The position numbers were made by a program, and so were the translations under genes. DNA of 40,795 nt from Octopus bimaculoides (Eukaryota): NCBI RefSeq assembly GCF_001194135.2, contig NC_068984.1:26198712-26239506 (forward strand), written 5' to 3'. Below are positions 10,677-21,710 of the stretch, one piece after another (within the stretch, counting starts at the first letter, position 1; each line of letters opens with the position of its first letter). Under the pieces are notes generated by a model. It ran no database searches and was not told the origin of the DNA. It saw only the letters and a program-made list of their open reading frames with translations.

Positions 10677-10966
10677 GAGTAAAGTTTATTTGCCAACGTA
10701 AAGTGGCAGTCGTGATTAGGACGAATGTTACTACTTTTTAGCGCCGGGAAAACATCTTCTCCAGCTGGCTATCGACGCATTACCTGTGTCCTTTTACTTC
10801 AAACAAGCTTTGAGCTGAGTGGGGACACTAGCTCCCTTATTCGAAGTGTAAGGACGCAGTTAGTGTGCCGATAGCCAGCTGGAGAATATTTTTTCCTGGG
10901 GCCAAATGGTAGTAACATTTGTCCTAATCAGGACTGTCACTTTACGTTGGCAAATAAACTTCACTC
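10677..10966. mobile_element. Fully palindromic (foldback) MITE-like element, 290 bp
   Basis: 10677-10779 versus the reverse complement of 10864-10966: 90/103 identical, ungapped. Looser pairing continues to a central agtg-ggga-cact hairpin. No clear TSD. Confidence 0.88.
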
Positions 10967-11084
10967 ACATACATTCATATATAATAAGTAAGCACAAACT
11001 TATATAACAAAGCAGCATATCCACTTATTACGTGACTTCCAGCAAATTCCAACATACTGCAACATTTTCACACACTCTGACGCG

Positions 11085-11115
<31 letters not shown>

Positions 11116-11377
11116 TAACTAGTAATACATTCAAAGCAATGATTAGTAATTTTACGAAACCGGTATGCTTTTGAATCTCTTTAACAACTCACATTAATGA
11201 CTTTTATTACTTTTATTCCTACCCCAGTTCATCTAATTGCATATATCTATCGTTACTTTTCATAAAAAGCCTTTACTTCTTTTGATTTCCATTGTGCATT
11301 TTTGCTTATCTTTCTTCTTACTTTTCCCCTATATATATATACATATATATATTCATCTGGATTCCTAGATTTTTTTT

Positions 11378-11480
11378 TTATCGACCTCGAAAGGATGAAT
11401 TTAGAGTTGATCAGGTCGAGATTCGAGATGTGAACTGCGGGTCCCATCTCTCTGCCACTCTTACCCATTTCGCCGCATGT
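11378..11480 (-). mobile_element. Family B-like SINE, degenerate
   Basis: ttatcgacctcgaaaggatgaa is the reverse complement of the B core. Confidence 0.55.
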
Positions 11481-12248
11481 ACATGTATTATTAGTTGGAC
11501 ATAATCACTTACTGTCATCCTATTTAAATGATTTTCTTATAAACCATTCCAATCCTTCTAAAAACTACATGTACGTACGTATATATNNNNNNNNNNNNNN
11601 NNNNNNNNNNNNGAATCTTCAATACTTTAATGCCGACAAGTAGAGAACAGGCGATAAAACGTTGCCGCGTGGACCGGACCTCCCATATCTGTTGTTGAAT
11701 TATGAGCCACAATGTTTACATACAAGCGCGTTTGTTATGCGAGACTGACCACAGCTGTGCTGCTTTACCTCAGATATATTAGGCCGTTTTATTATAACAA
11801 GTAGTGTCAGTTGAGTTTTCTGATCTGTGAAGATTACTTTTTAATTTCGGCTTTTATAGCCTTCGTTTATTTGATAGGGCAAAAAAAAAAAATATATATA
11901 TATATATATATAACGGGAAACATAAAGATGACAAAAGTAAAATGTAAGCAAGTTGTAAACATGCACAGATGCCATGTAGATAGTTATATATAAGGGGGGA
12001 AGATTTGTCGTAGTCACATCTGTGAGATAGGAATCATCGTCGAGTGCGGGGCTTACACACAAGTGTATTGTTTATATTCATTTGATTTGATATTAGCATG
12101 ATATCTGTTGAATACAATAGGACGGGTAGAGGAGACTGAGCTTTGGTTTTTACTCAAGACATATATGTACACGTGTATGTATACTGCCATATGAACACAC
12201 AAACACACAAACGCACACACACACACACACTCACACAGAGGTAGACAT

Positions 12249-12376
12249 ACACACACAGGCCGGCACACACACAGGCCGGCACACACACAGGCCGGCACAC
12301 ACACCACACAGAGGCACAGACACACACACAGAGGCACAGACAGACAGACAGACACGCGCGCGCGCGCACACACACT
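12249..12376. repeat. 16-bp minisatellite (acacacacaggccggc x3) within a CA/CAGA/CG compound tract
   Basis: Units at 12249, 12265 and 12281; a (CG)6 run near 12355-12367. Confidence 0.9.
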
Positions 12377-12707
12377 CAAACACATACAACAGATATGCAT
12401 GTAGACAGCCAGACAATTATAAATACACTGTAACAATCACACACAGACATACACACACATGCATGCGGCTGTGCGTGGATTTAATGCGCAGGGATGTATA
12501 TTTGTGTGTCTGTGCATGTGTGTGTATGTGTGTGTATATGTGTATTGTATGTGTGTGTGTATGTGTATTGTATGTGTGTGTAACATGACGTATATGTTAA
12601 CTGACGAAAAATATTTAGATATATATATAAGCATCTATCATTATATCTATGTCTCTAATTACACACATACACATGCAGAGACCTTCCTGTGTGCATGTGT
12701 GTGTGTA

Positions 12708-12907
12708 TTACGAACCACATGGTTCCGGGTTCAGTTCCACTGCGTGACACCTTGGGCAAGTGTCTACTACTATAACCTCCGGCCGACCAAAGCCTTGGCA
12801 GACGGAAACTGAAAGAAGCCCGTCGTATATATGTATACATATATGTATATACTTTTGTTATTTACACCACCTGTCCTCGTCTGTTGTTATTATTTGTATA
12901 TTCTCCC

Positions 12908-12943
<36 letters not shown>

Positions 12944-13140
12944 CTGTGTGTGTGTGATGTGTGTGTGTGTATGTTTGTGTGTCTGTGTTTGTCCCTGTAA
13001 CTTAGCGGTTCGGCAAAAGAGACCTATAGAATAAGTACTAGGCTTACAAAGAATAAGTCCTGGGGTCGACTTGCTCGACTAAAGGCGGTACTCCAGCATG
13101 GCCGCAGTCAAATGACTGAAACAAGTAAAAAAAGAAAGAG
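12708..13140 (+). mobile_element. Family A SINE (younger subfamily), 5'-clipped, with a 56-bp foreign insert in its central TA tract
   Basis: B box ggttcagttcc, CORE-like gacaccttgggcaagtgtct, tail ccagcatggccgcagtcaaatgactgaaacaagtaaaa. Insert at 12852-12907. Confidence 0.92.
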
Positions 13141-13180
13141 TATACATACATACATACATACATACATGTCATTATACATA

Positions 13181-13558
13181 TCTTTTTCCATTTCTTTTTA
13201 TTTCACACATTGGACTGCGGCCATGCTGGGGCACCGCCTTGAAAGATTTTTAGTCGAATGCATTGACCCCAGTACTTATTATTCTTTTTAAAAGCCAGCT
13301 ACCAAACAGCTAAGACACGGTAGTGTAAACATACCAACATCGGTTGTCAAGCGGAGATTTGGGATAAACACACACATAAAGACACGCACACTCATAAATA
13401 TATACAACAGGCTTCTTACAGTTTGCGTCTCTCGAATCCATTCACAAGTCTTTGACCGGCCCAGGACTATTGTAGCAGATACTTACCCAAGGCGTCACGC
13501 AGCGGGACTTAACCCAGAACCACGCGGATGGGAAGCTAACTACCTACCACACAGCCAC
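13181..13558 (-). mobile_element. Family A SINE (older subfamily), full length, diverged
   Basis: Reverse complement runs from gtggctgtgtggtaggtag to aaaaatctttcaaggcggtgccccagcatggccgcagtcc. Confidence 0.88.
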
Positions 13559-13664
13559 GGCTATAAATATATGTACATATATTTGCAGTGTGTGACATGC
13601 ACTATTACATCGACAGACTATTAAGATTTTTCTACCTTTGACACACGAAGTTCCTATATATAAA

Positions 13665-13717
<53 letters not shown>

Positions 13718-13902
13718 AGGAGTGAGATAGTGCATGTCACCTTCTGAAAATAGTGCGTCAACAACGACACAGTGCCACATTTGCCATAAAAAGTTACAGC
13801 TTTTTTACTTACAGCTTTACCTGGTGCACAGAATGGTTTCATATTAATATATAAAAAAAACAAAAATAAAAACAATAAGCCTAATTGACAATAATATCAC
13901 CA

Positions 13903-14048
13903 TAGGCAAGTGGCTGCGTGGTAAGTAGCTTGCTTACGAACTACATGGTTCCGGGTTCAGTCCTACTGCGTGGAACCTTGGGCAGCCTCGAGCCGACCAA
14001 AGCCTTGTGAGTGGATTTGGTAGACGGAACTGAAAGAAGCCCGTCGTA

Positions 14049-14101
<53 letters not shown>

Positions 14102-14315
14102 GTGTGTATATGTTTGTGTGTCTGTGTTTGTTCCCCCAACATCGTTTGACAACCGATGCTGGTGTGTTTATGTCCCCGTAACTTAGCGGTTCGGCAAAAA
14201 GAGACTGATAGAATAAGTACCAGGCTTACAAAGAATAAGTCCTGGGGTCGATTTGCTCGACTAAAGGCGGTGCTCCAGCGTGGCCGCAGTCAAATGATTG
14301 AAACAAGTAAAGAGT
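13903..14315 (+). mobile_element. Family A SINE (younger subfamily), full length
   Basis: A box tggctgcgtgg, B box ggttcagtcc, central TA/TG tract, standard tail. Confidence 0.93.
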
Positions 14316-14629
14316 ATGCTTGTGTTCATTCGGACATGGAAGATATATGCTGCAGAAATTGTCTCTAGAGAAAAATACCCCTTATACGGATAAAGAACAC
14401 ACTACTGGGTTACGATTGACATTATCGGAACGTAAGACACTGCATCGTCGTCTACGAATATTGAGTTATCCTTTGTAGGCACTAAGAACAGACTGTTTTT
14501 ATAGTAGAACAGCAAATGGTACATTTATTGATGTGCGCAAAGTTTGTCAATCTTAGAGACACATCAACGATAGGTAAAGAATATAACAAAAATACTACGA
14601 TATTTTTTACATGACGTTAAAAGGTTAAT

Positions 14630-14738
14630 GTGGAGGCACAATGGCCTAGTGGTTAGGGCAGCGGACTCGCTGTCATAGGATCGCGGTTTCGNNNNNNNNN
14701 NCTGGAACCCTCAACGTCGTAAGCGACGGAGTGCCAAC
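14630..14738 (+). mobile_element. Family C SINE with its middle collapsed into a 10-N gap
   Basis: 5' 62 bp and 3' 37 bp both match the copy at 7412-7801. Confidence 0.9.
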
Positions 14739-15132
14739 ACACACACACACAAGGTTAATATATAATTTCCGTAATTCCAGAAGTTCTTTATCACAAAACT
14801 GCGAGTCCTACATGAAAATGTTCTTGTTTTCAGCCGTTCCGCTTCAAACAGGATAATGCTAATGTTTTTGACCCAACACATTTTTATTTTCCTCAAAGTC
14901 ATTTGCTCTTTCCCTGTTTGACACTAAGTCTAATGTAATAAACATCTCATCCTTCCACCCACTTTCGTTTTATGCTACTCTCATTTCCTAAATTTGTCGT
15001 TTAACTGCTTCCTACTTCTATCCTCTCCCATCTGTGTGACAGCAGATGAATACACATTGGTATGCATGTAGTTATGTATGTATGCGTGTGCATATATGAG
15101 TATATATACGTATATATATGCATGTGTATGCT

Positions 15133-15167
<35 letters not shown>

Positions 15168-15510
15168 NNNNNNNNNNNNNNNNNNNNNNNNNNNNNNNNN
15201 NNNNNNNNNNNNNNNNNNNNNNNNNNNNNNNNNNNNNNNNNNNNNNNNNNNNNNNNNNNNNNNNNNNNNNNNNNNNNNNNNNNNNNNNNNNNNNNNNNNN
15301 NNNNNNNNNNNNNNNNNNNNNNNNNNNNNNNNNNNNNNNNNNNNNNNNNNNNNNNNNNNNNNNNNNNNNNNNNNNNNNNNNNNNNNNNNNNNNNNNNNNN
15401 NNNNNNNNNNNNNNNNNNNNNNNNNNNNNNNNNNNNNNNNNNNNNNNNNNNNNNNNNNNNNNNNNNNNNNNNNNNNNNNNNNNNNNNNNNNNNNNNNNNN
15501 NNNNNNNNNN

Positions 15511-15554
<44 letters not shown>

Positions 15555-15737
15555 GTGTATGTACGTATGCATGCGTGTGTTGCTGTTTGCATCTACGTGC
15601 GTATGTGTGCACCTGATTGTACACCTAGCTTTTTACTTGACTAAATCGGACATCAATTATAAGAATGATTTGTGCTAGAACTACCAAACTCTTGGTAATT
15701 TTCGCGTACTTCATTTTCCACAATATTGTATTGTTGC

Positions 15738-15830
15738 CCCACCACCACCACCACCAGAACCACCACGACCACCACGACCACCACTACCACCACCACAACC
15801 ACCACCACAACTACAGCCACAACCGCCACT
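15738..15830. repeat. Imperfect (ACC)n repeat
   Basis: Directly visible. Confidence 0.9.
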
Positions 15831-16343
15831 GATGTCTTTCTCATTCTCTACTTGCGATGTCCAGTCTTACTTTACAGTATTATTGTATACTGAAAGAGTA
15901 CAAAGAAGTTTATGACAATAAATAGTCCATCTTGCTATTCTAAAAAGAGGATGATGACTTTTACACTCGATTCCGATGGGTTATCATTGAATATGTATGA
16001 GACATCCCCTTCTGTCTGTCTGTCTGTCTGTCTGTCACTATCTCTTTCACTATTTCACTTTATCTCTCTATTTATACAAATGCGCACACACAGACAAAAG
16101 TTCACTAGTTGCCCAGTTTTCTTATTGTATACTGCTGAGTGTCATGCTCTTGTGCGCGCTTCTTCCGTCAATTATATGATAACGTTTGTTATTTTGTATT
16201 CCTGTTGCTGCGAATGTGTACGTTAGAAGCTTCTCATATCTATGTGCATGTGTCTGTGTGTTTGCATGTATGCATACGTATATATGTTTGCATGTTTACT
16301 CACACACACAGATACACAGAGATATATGTGTAAATATACATAA

Positions 16344-16390
<47 letters not shown>

Positions 16391-16809
16391 TATTTACATT
16401 TCGATATATGTGTGTGTGAATATGTTTGTAGATGTGTGTTCCAGATTATATGCAAGTTTCTCGGTTAAAGAGTTGTCAAAATAAACTTCATTTGGGATCT
16501 TTATTTCCCCAAGGGAGACCTCACGCAACATCATAGTTTCTGAACGGGGGCCAGTTTGGTTCCAATTCGTATATAGAATGAAGATGAGTACGAATTTCCT
16601 ATTGGCACAGCCCACTTTTTCTCACCTAGAAAATATTCCCGAATGTTTCTGTGTCATTGTCTGTGGTAGAGGGCGGAGATTACATATTCAGGCAGGCGTC
16701 TCGCTATCTTTGCAAGTCATCATCAAGCCAGACATATTGGTTAGACCTTCTCTACATTTATATATTACAGTTAGAAACCTAGAAACAGATTAATGTCAAA
16801 ATTATTATT

Positions 16810-17050
16810 AGCTGGCAGAATCGTTGGCACGCCAGACAAAACGTTTAGTGGTATTTCTTCCGGCTTTATGTCCTGAATTCAAGTGTGAATTGGCAGAATT
16901 GGGAGAGCATCGGCAGACAAATTTCACCGAGGTCGGTATTGCCTTTCGTCCTTTCGGGGTCGATAAAATAAGTATCAGTCAAGTTCTGGGGTCGATGCAC
17001 TCGACTTCCACCGACCCTCAGAAACTGCAGACCCTGTGCCAAAATTGAAA

Positions 17051-17052
<2 letters not shown>
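16810..17052 (+). mobile_element. Family B SINE with an internal ~38-bp head-like insertion and (ATT)n tail
   Basis: Starts agctggcagaatcgttggcacgcc. The insert gtgtgaattggcagaattgggagagcatcggcagac repeats the head. Core and tail are B-type. Confidence 0.88.

Positions 17053-17106
<54 letters not shown>
17053..17106. repeat. (TTA)n microsatellite (a second run at 17651-17716)
   Basis: Pure runs on both sides of the 17107-17651 segment. Confidence 0.98.
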
Positions 17107-17648
17107 GAGCGAGAGAGCAGTGCATGCCATCAAAGGGACACTGGAGTATAAATATACGAATTCCAGTATACTCATCATGACTACCCGTCTGATAAGGATA
17201 CACCAAGCACATGCATCACAACCATATGCGCGTGACATGGCGATCTTATATCAAGATAAACAACGTATGACCTCGCAAGTAGGGCCCAGTTAAAATTTTC
17301 TTCAGGTCGAGTAGCTCAAAAGGTCCATGAATAAGGTTTGTTTGAGGATGATGATAAAAACACCCATGTTTCCAGAGATGAATTATTCAAATCCACCAAA
17401 TTCCCCTCAACACATAGTTATGTTCCTCTCTCACTACTTCTGTTCGTGATCAGAGATGCACATATCGTCAGCCACTAAGGGACATGCTCAACTAGTTAAG
17501 GTCAAACAACTGACTAGCGAATTGGTATTCAGCAGAATATTTGCTGTAGCTCATCTTTTATACCAAAACAAAACAATGTACATGATAACACTTCCAATCA
17601 GTTAAGATGAGAAGCCATGAGAGCCACTGTCTAGTACTGCATCAGGGC

Positions 17649-17651
<3 letters not shown>
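17107..17651. mobile_element. Unclassified ~545-bp element embedded in (TTA)n
   Basis: Complex, higher-GC segment with sharp boundaries against long TTA runs on both sides. No convincing ORF, and only one copy in this window. Confidence 0.55.
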
Positions 17652-17717
<66 letters not shown>

Positions 17718-17718
<1 letters not shown>

Positions 17719-17840
17719 CGATAGCCTTTCATTCTTTCGGGATCTATAGGTATCAGTCAAGTACTGGGGTCGATGCAATCGACTTACCCCCACCCCTCAA
17801 GATTGCTGACCCTGTGCCAAAACTTCAAGCCATTATTATC
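17718..17840 (+). mobile_element. Family B SINE, 3' half
   Basis: gcctttcattctttcggg...ctggggtcgatgcaatcgact...ccctgtgccaaaa...cattattatc. Confidence 0.82.
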
Positions 17841-18392
17841 ATAAATAATAATCGAGATCTGGGATTCGGGAATCGTGTCTTTTTTCAAAACTGAATAAAA
17901 TTAGGTGAAAGGAAATTGCATGAAGCCCGTCGAGTAGATTATTGTATCACACAGATTCTGTCTGAGAATTACGTTAAAGATATGAGTTTATGGAATACTC
18001 AGCTACATTAATTTAATGAGTAACTTATTTTATTGCATACTTTAATGTTCATCCCAAAATTGACTGAGGATTCATCTTTATGGAGGAATGGAAATTAAAG
18101 GGAGAGAGTACTATAGGGAATTATTCAGTCCAATCTCTCTTTCTCTCTTCCCTTCCCTCTTCCTCCTNNNNNNNNNNTATGAATTCAGATCTGTAAGGAG
18201 CCAAATTTAATTTTATTTCCACACGTTTAATTTAACCAACTATATATCTTTGACTATGGCCTTGTGTTAACATGAGGGCTCGTTATTTAAGTTGATATTC
18301 TATCAAGCTGACGGAATGACAATCAATATTGTTGGAAACCCTTGACGAGTTGATATAATAAAGAACCCCAAACGACTGGCAGAAAATAACTT

Positions 18393-18535
18393 GTGCTACC
18401 ATTGTTTAAATCCAGGTCAGTTTTAATCGGTTAGGCCTAAAATCAAAGAATCTTCGGCCATTATCATCCTGCCTCTTTTTATTTAAACTACATCACTTAA
18501 TGCTATTTCTGGCAGGTTAGGCAACCAAGTAGAGT
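18393..18535 (-). mobile_element. Family D repeat, internally deleted
   Basis: tgtttaaatccaggtcag...tcaaag...atcatcctgcctc and gctatttctggcaggttaggcaaccaagtagag. Confidence 0.55.
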
Positions 18536-19572
18536 CCCCCTCTCCCGCCCATTGGTTTATCCAATGTTACTGTTTGTTTGTCTTAGTAGATATAATGTCA
18601 ACCCAATGATAGAACAGAAGTAATGTACAGTGTTTGAAATATAAAAGTGTAGGTTTTTTTTTTTTTCGTCGAGTTAATACAACGGGATGTTGTTTGTTGT
18701 AAGCATCTGATGGTATTTCAATAACATAACCATCTCAAACGCTGGAATAAGAAACATTGTTTCGTATCGCGTTGATACTGTAACAGAATCTGGATACATT
18801 GTTATAAGCAGGAACATAAAATCCAGTTGATGGGATCGAAACAGCAGATTTCTTAGACTGTAAAATAAATTTTGATTTTAAACTGACAACAATTGTGTAG
18901 TAACGTTGACAGTGTTTATATTTAGTTAAGAACCAAGTCTTGGAATAATAAAGAGACAAAAAAAAAAATAAATAAATCAGTGTAACGAAAATAGAATAGA
19001 TAACTAAAGAGCATGGTATTTAAAAGAAATTTTATAGATCAAACCAATTTATTTGTGTCAATTAAGAACCAGCATTTTATTTGTTTTCTTGTGTTGATCT
19101 TATTTCAATCTTTGTATGAAGACATTCTCTCAGCTCATCTCGCTATACACCTCTCCTACCTTTCAATGTTTTACTTTTCTCTTTCTCCTAATTACATTGT
19201 GCTACTCACTGTGTTGCTGTAGCATTTGCAGTCCATTTTTCTTTTAAACTCAATAACCCATAAGCAATAAAAATCTATCTTGGCGTGTTTCACTTTTCAT
19301 GTTTTTAAATTGTTGTTTAACATTTTTTTTGAAAGTGAAGGAGAAAAAGTCCCCATGGTATGTGATTATTGAAAATTATTGAAAGACTTCATTTTTGCCT
19401 GCAATCAGGAACCAAGTAGTACCACTTCAAGACATCATTGGCTCACTAAGTAGTTGATCTTTTAAAATATCACCATCATTGAGTGGATTAAGTGACACCT
19501 TTAATGAACTGATCGAAACCTCTCGTGCAAGAAGCGATAAATATATAGAAATATATACTGTACAGTTTATAA

Positions 19573-19842
19573 ACCTGTGGTAACCACATCACAAACAATG
19601 AAATTATGAGAAGAACCGGCCTAAGTAAAATGCAAGACACGATAAGAGCGAGACAAAAGAAGCTGCTTGGACATGTATTGTGTTTACCGTTTGAGAGACT
19701 GGTATGGACAATCGTCGCGTGGACAGTTGAAGGAGGAAGGAGAAAGACGGGCAAGCCGGTGAAGTTGTAGCAAAGGATTGTGCGAAAAGACTGGATCGAG
19801 ATGGGTGTCATCAGGGGAGAAGGGTCCAAGTTGACTTTAAAT
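19573..19842 (+). mobile_element. RTE-clade LINE 3' fragment (pseudogenised ORF C-terminus)
   Basis: HITNNEIMRRTGLSKMQDTIRARQKKLLGHVLCLPFERLVWTIVAWTVEGGRRKTGKPVKL*QRIVRKDWIEMG matches the RTE C-terminal pattern (TN.E...R...GHV.R...W.P.G.R..GRP). One in-frame stop. Confidence 0.78.
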
Positions 19843-20222
19843 GTATGAATGTATGTATGTCGATCATACATACATAATTACATATATTTATATATACATA
19901 CAGAGGGACAACCCCATGTGGATTTCTTGGACCAGGCATATGCACACATACACACACTCAAGAGTGATGCTCAAACACATGTATGCTAAAGTGTAAAAGC
20001 ACAGACACTTTATACTAAAGTGGAACTCACAAATACAAGTTACCTATGAGCACAAACAAGCATATGTACATACACCAACCGATTCAGACGACCACAAACC
20101 CCAACATCTGTCTTGACTGAAACGAAATAACTTTACCACTTGGTCAGTGGCCAGCTTAAATTCTCCAAATGGAAAAACTTAAATAACTCCTACAGAACAC
20201 ACACACACACACACACACACAT

Positions 20223-20277
<55 letters not shown>

Positions 20278-20523
20278 ATGGTGGATGTTATTCGGTGTCG
20301 ACGATGTTACTCGGTGCCCACCATCTGAATTACTACTCGCTAATTTAATGCGAATAGGACTGAATATTTCGCAAACATGTGTACCTTTAACACAATTCTC
20401 AGGTCGAATCAGCGGGTTACAATAAAAAAGGGCCAACCTTTTAGTTACAGGTATATTTCAGAGACAAAGAGAGAAACAAGGAGCAGCAACGACCTTAGTG
20501 TCGGATTGTTATTATATGACAAG

Positions 20524-20660
20524 GAAATGATTTTATATTTATTGATCCGGAAGAAATGATTTTATATTTATAGATCCGGAAAGAATGAATTTGACCTTAG
20601 AGAGCAAAGATCCGCAAAGCATTCTATCAGATGCTCTAAAGATTTTGGTAATTCGCTACC
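20524..20660 (-). mobile_element. Very degenerate B-like SINE with a 29-bp tandem duplication
   Basis: gaaatgattttatatttat(t/a)gatccggaa at 20524-20552 and 20553-20581; gcattctatcagatgctctaaagattttggtaattcgc resembles a reverse-complemented head. Confidence 0.5.
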
Positions 20661-20691
20661 TTCTGTGGGTAGATAGAACCAATATGCCCAC

Positions 20692-20813
20692 GGGCATATG
20701 GCGTAGTGGTTAAGAGCGCGGGCTACTAACCCCAAGGTTCCGAGTTCGATTCACGGCAGCGACCTGATTAATAATAGTAGTAATAATAATAATAATAATA
20801 TAATAATAGTAAC
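20692..20813 (+). mobile_element. Family E: minimal tRNA-derived SINE or tRNA pseudogene with (TAA)n tail
   Basis: A box tggcgtagtgg, B box gttcgattc, anticodon-loop-like ctactaa with a weak stem, then the TAA tail. caatat flanks both sides. Confidence 0.8.
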
Positions 20814-21276
20814 AATATATTTTTATATTCACTTTTCCCTGATATTCTATAATCTTGAAAATCTTTTTCATTGTGACTTACATATTCTATCAGTTCGTTT
20901 GATAAACAATCTTCATAATCTTTGGATTGTCATGATTCGATGTATCCGTCTGTAATCACTTCTTGATTACACACACACACATTTGTATATGTGTGTGTAC
21001 ACGTACTTATTTATATATGTGCATTATATACGTGTGAATGTGTGTGTATGTGCGTGTGTGTGATGTGTGTCTTTATGTGTGAATGTATGAGTGTATGTAT
21101 GTGATTCATTTACACACATGCACACGTCCACGGGTACGTAAGCACATGGAAACGATCACATAAAAATAGAGGCACTTAAAATATAGCCCGTATTATTCTT
21201 GTGTGTATTCGTACGAGGGTTTTTCCGGTTAGATTATTCTATAAAATGTATTTGTACACACAGACATAGATACAGT

Positions 21277-21314
<38 letters not shown>

Positions 21315-21460
21315 TGTAAAAGATTTGTATCATATATGTATGTATGCATATATATATATATATATATGTATATAATATTATAAATAATATATAAATATAT
21401 GCATATATCCATACATATATGTACAAACCTACATCTATATGTATACATACATGTATATAT

Positions 21461-21650
21461 GGGTACAGGACGTCACACAAAAACGTTAAACACAATGAGA
21501 AACGAAAACATAAAGACGCAAACAGAAAACGAACTTTTTTTCGCACGACGAAAAAACAAACAAACAGAGAAACGAGACATGCAGCATAAAGAATATTCTC
21601 CTTCATCAGTTGTCCCTGTCCATCTACTCCGCGTTTCGAAGGAAGGACAT
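21461..21650 (-). mobile_element. Short repeat terminus next to a TA-rich tract, tentatively Penelope-like
   Basis: Shares the cttcatcagttgt...tttcga layout with 30124-30170, and acgtcctgtaccc with 39004-39016 (opposite strand). Confidence 0.4.
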
Positions 21651-21657
21651 ATTCAAT

Positions 21658-21710
21658 TAACCCCTCCCACAAAATTTCAGGCCTTGTGCATTTAGTAGAA
21701 AGGATTCTTA
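21658..21710 (+). mobile_element. Family B SINE, 3' tail only
   Basis: cccctcccacaaaatttcaggccttgtgcatttagtagaaaggatt. Confidence 0.75.

Noticed and set aside
12355-12376. Z-DNA-prone (CG)n/(CA)n tracts (also 23336-23370 and 27413-27461)
   Set aside because: Real but ordinary for a microsatellite-rich genome; no link to function is visible.
18541-18566. CCCGCCC + ATTGG + CCAAT promoter-like cluster
   Set aside because: It sits at the end of a family D copy whose consensus ends in ttggc; there is no other promoter evidence.
18680-18860. Minus-strand acceptor (ttttacag) with an open frame of about 60 codons
   Set aside because: The peptide is unrecognisable and there is no good donor; consistent with chance.
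20692-20766. Functional tRNA gene
   Set aside because: Acceptor and anticodon stems pair poorly, the ACT anticodon is atypical, and a TAA tail replaces the oligo-T terminator.
21210-21220. tacgaggg mariner-TIR-like word
   Set aside because: No partner TIR or transposase sequence nearby.
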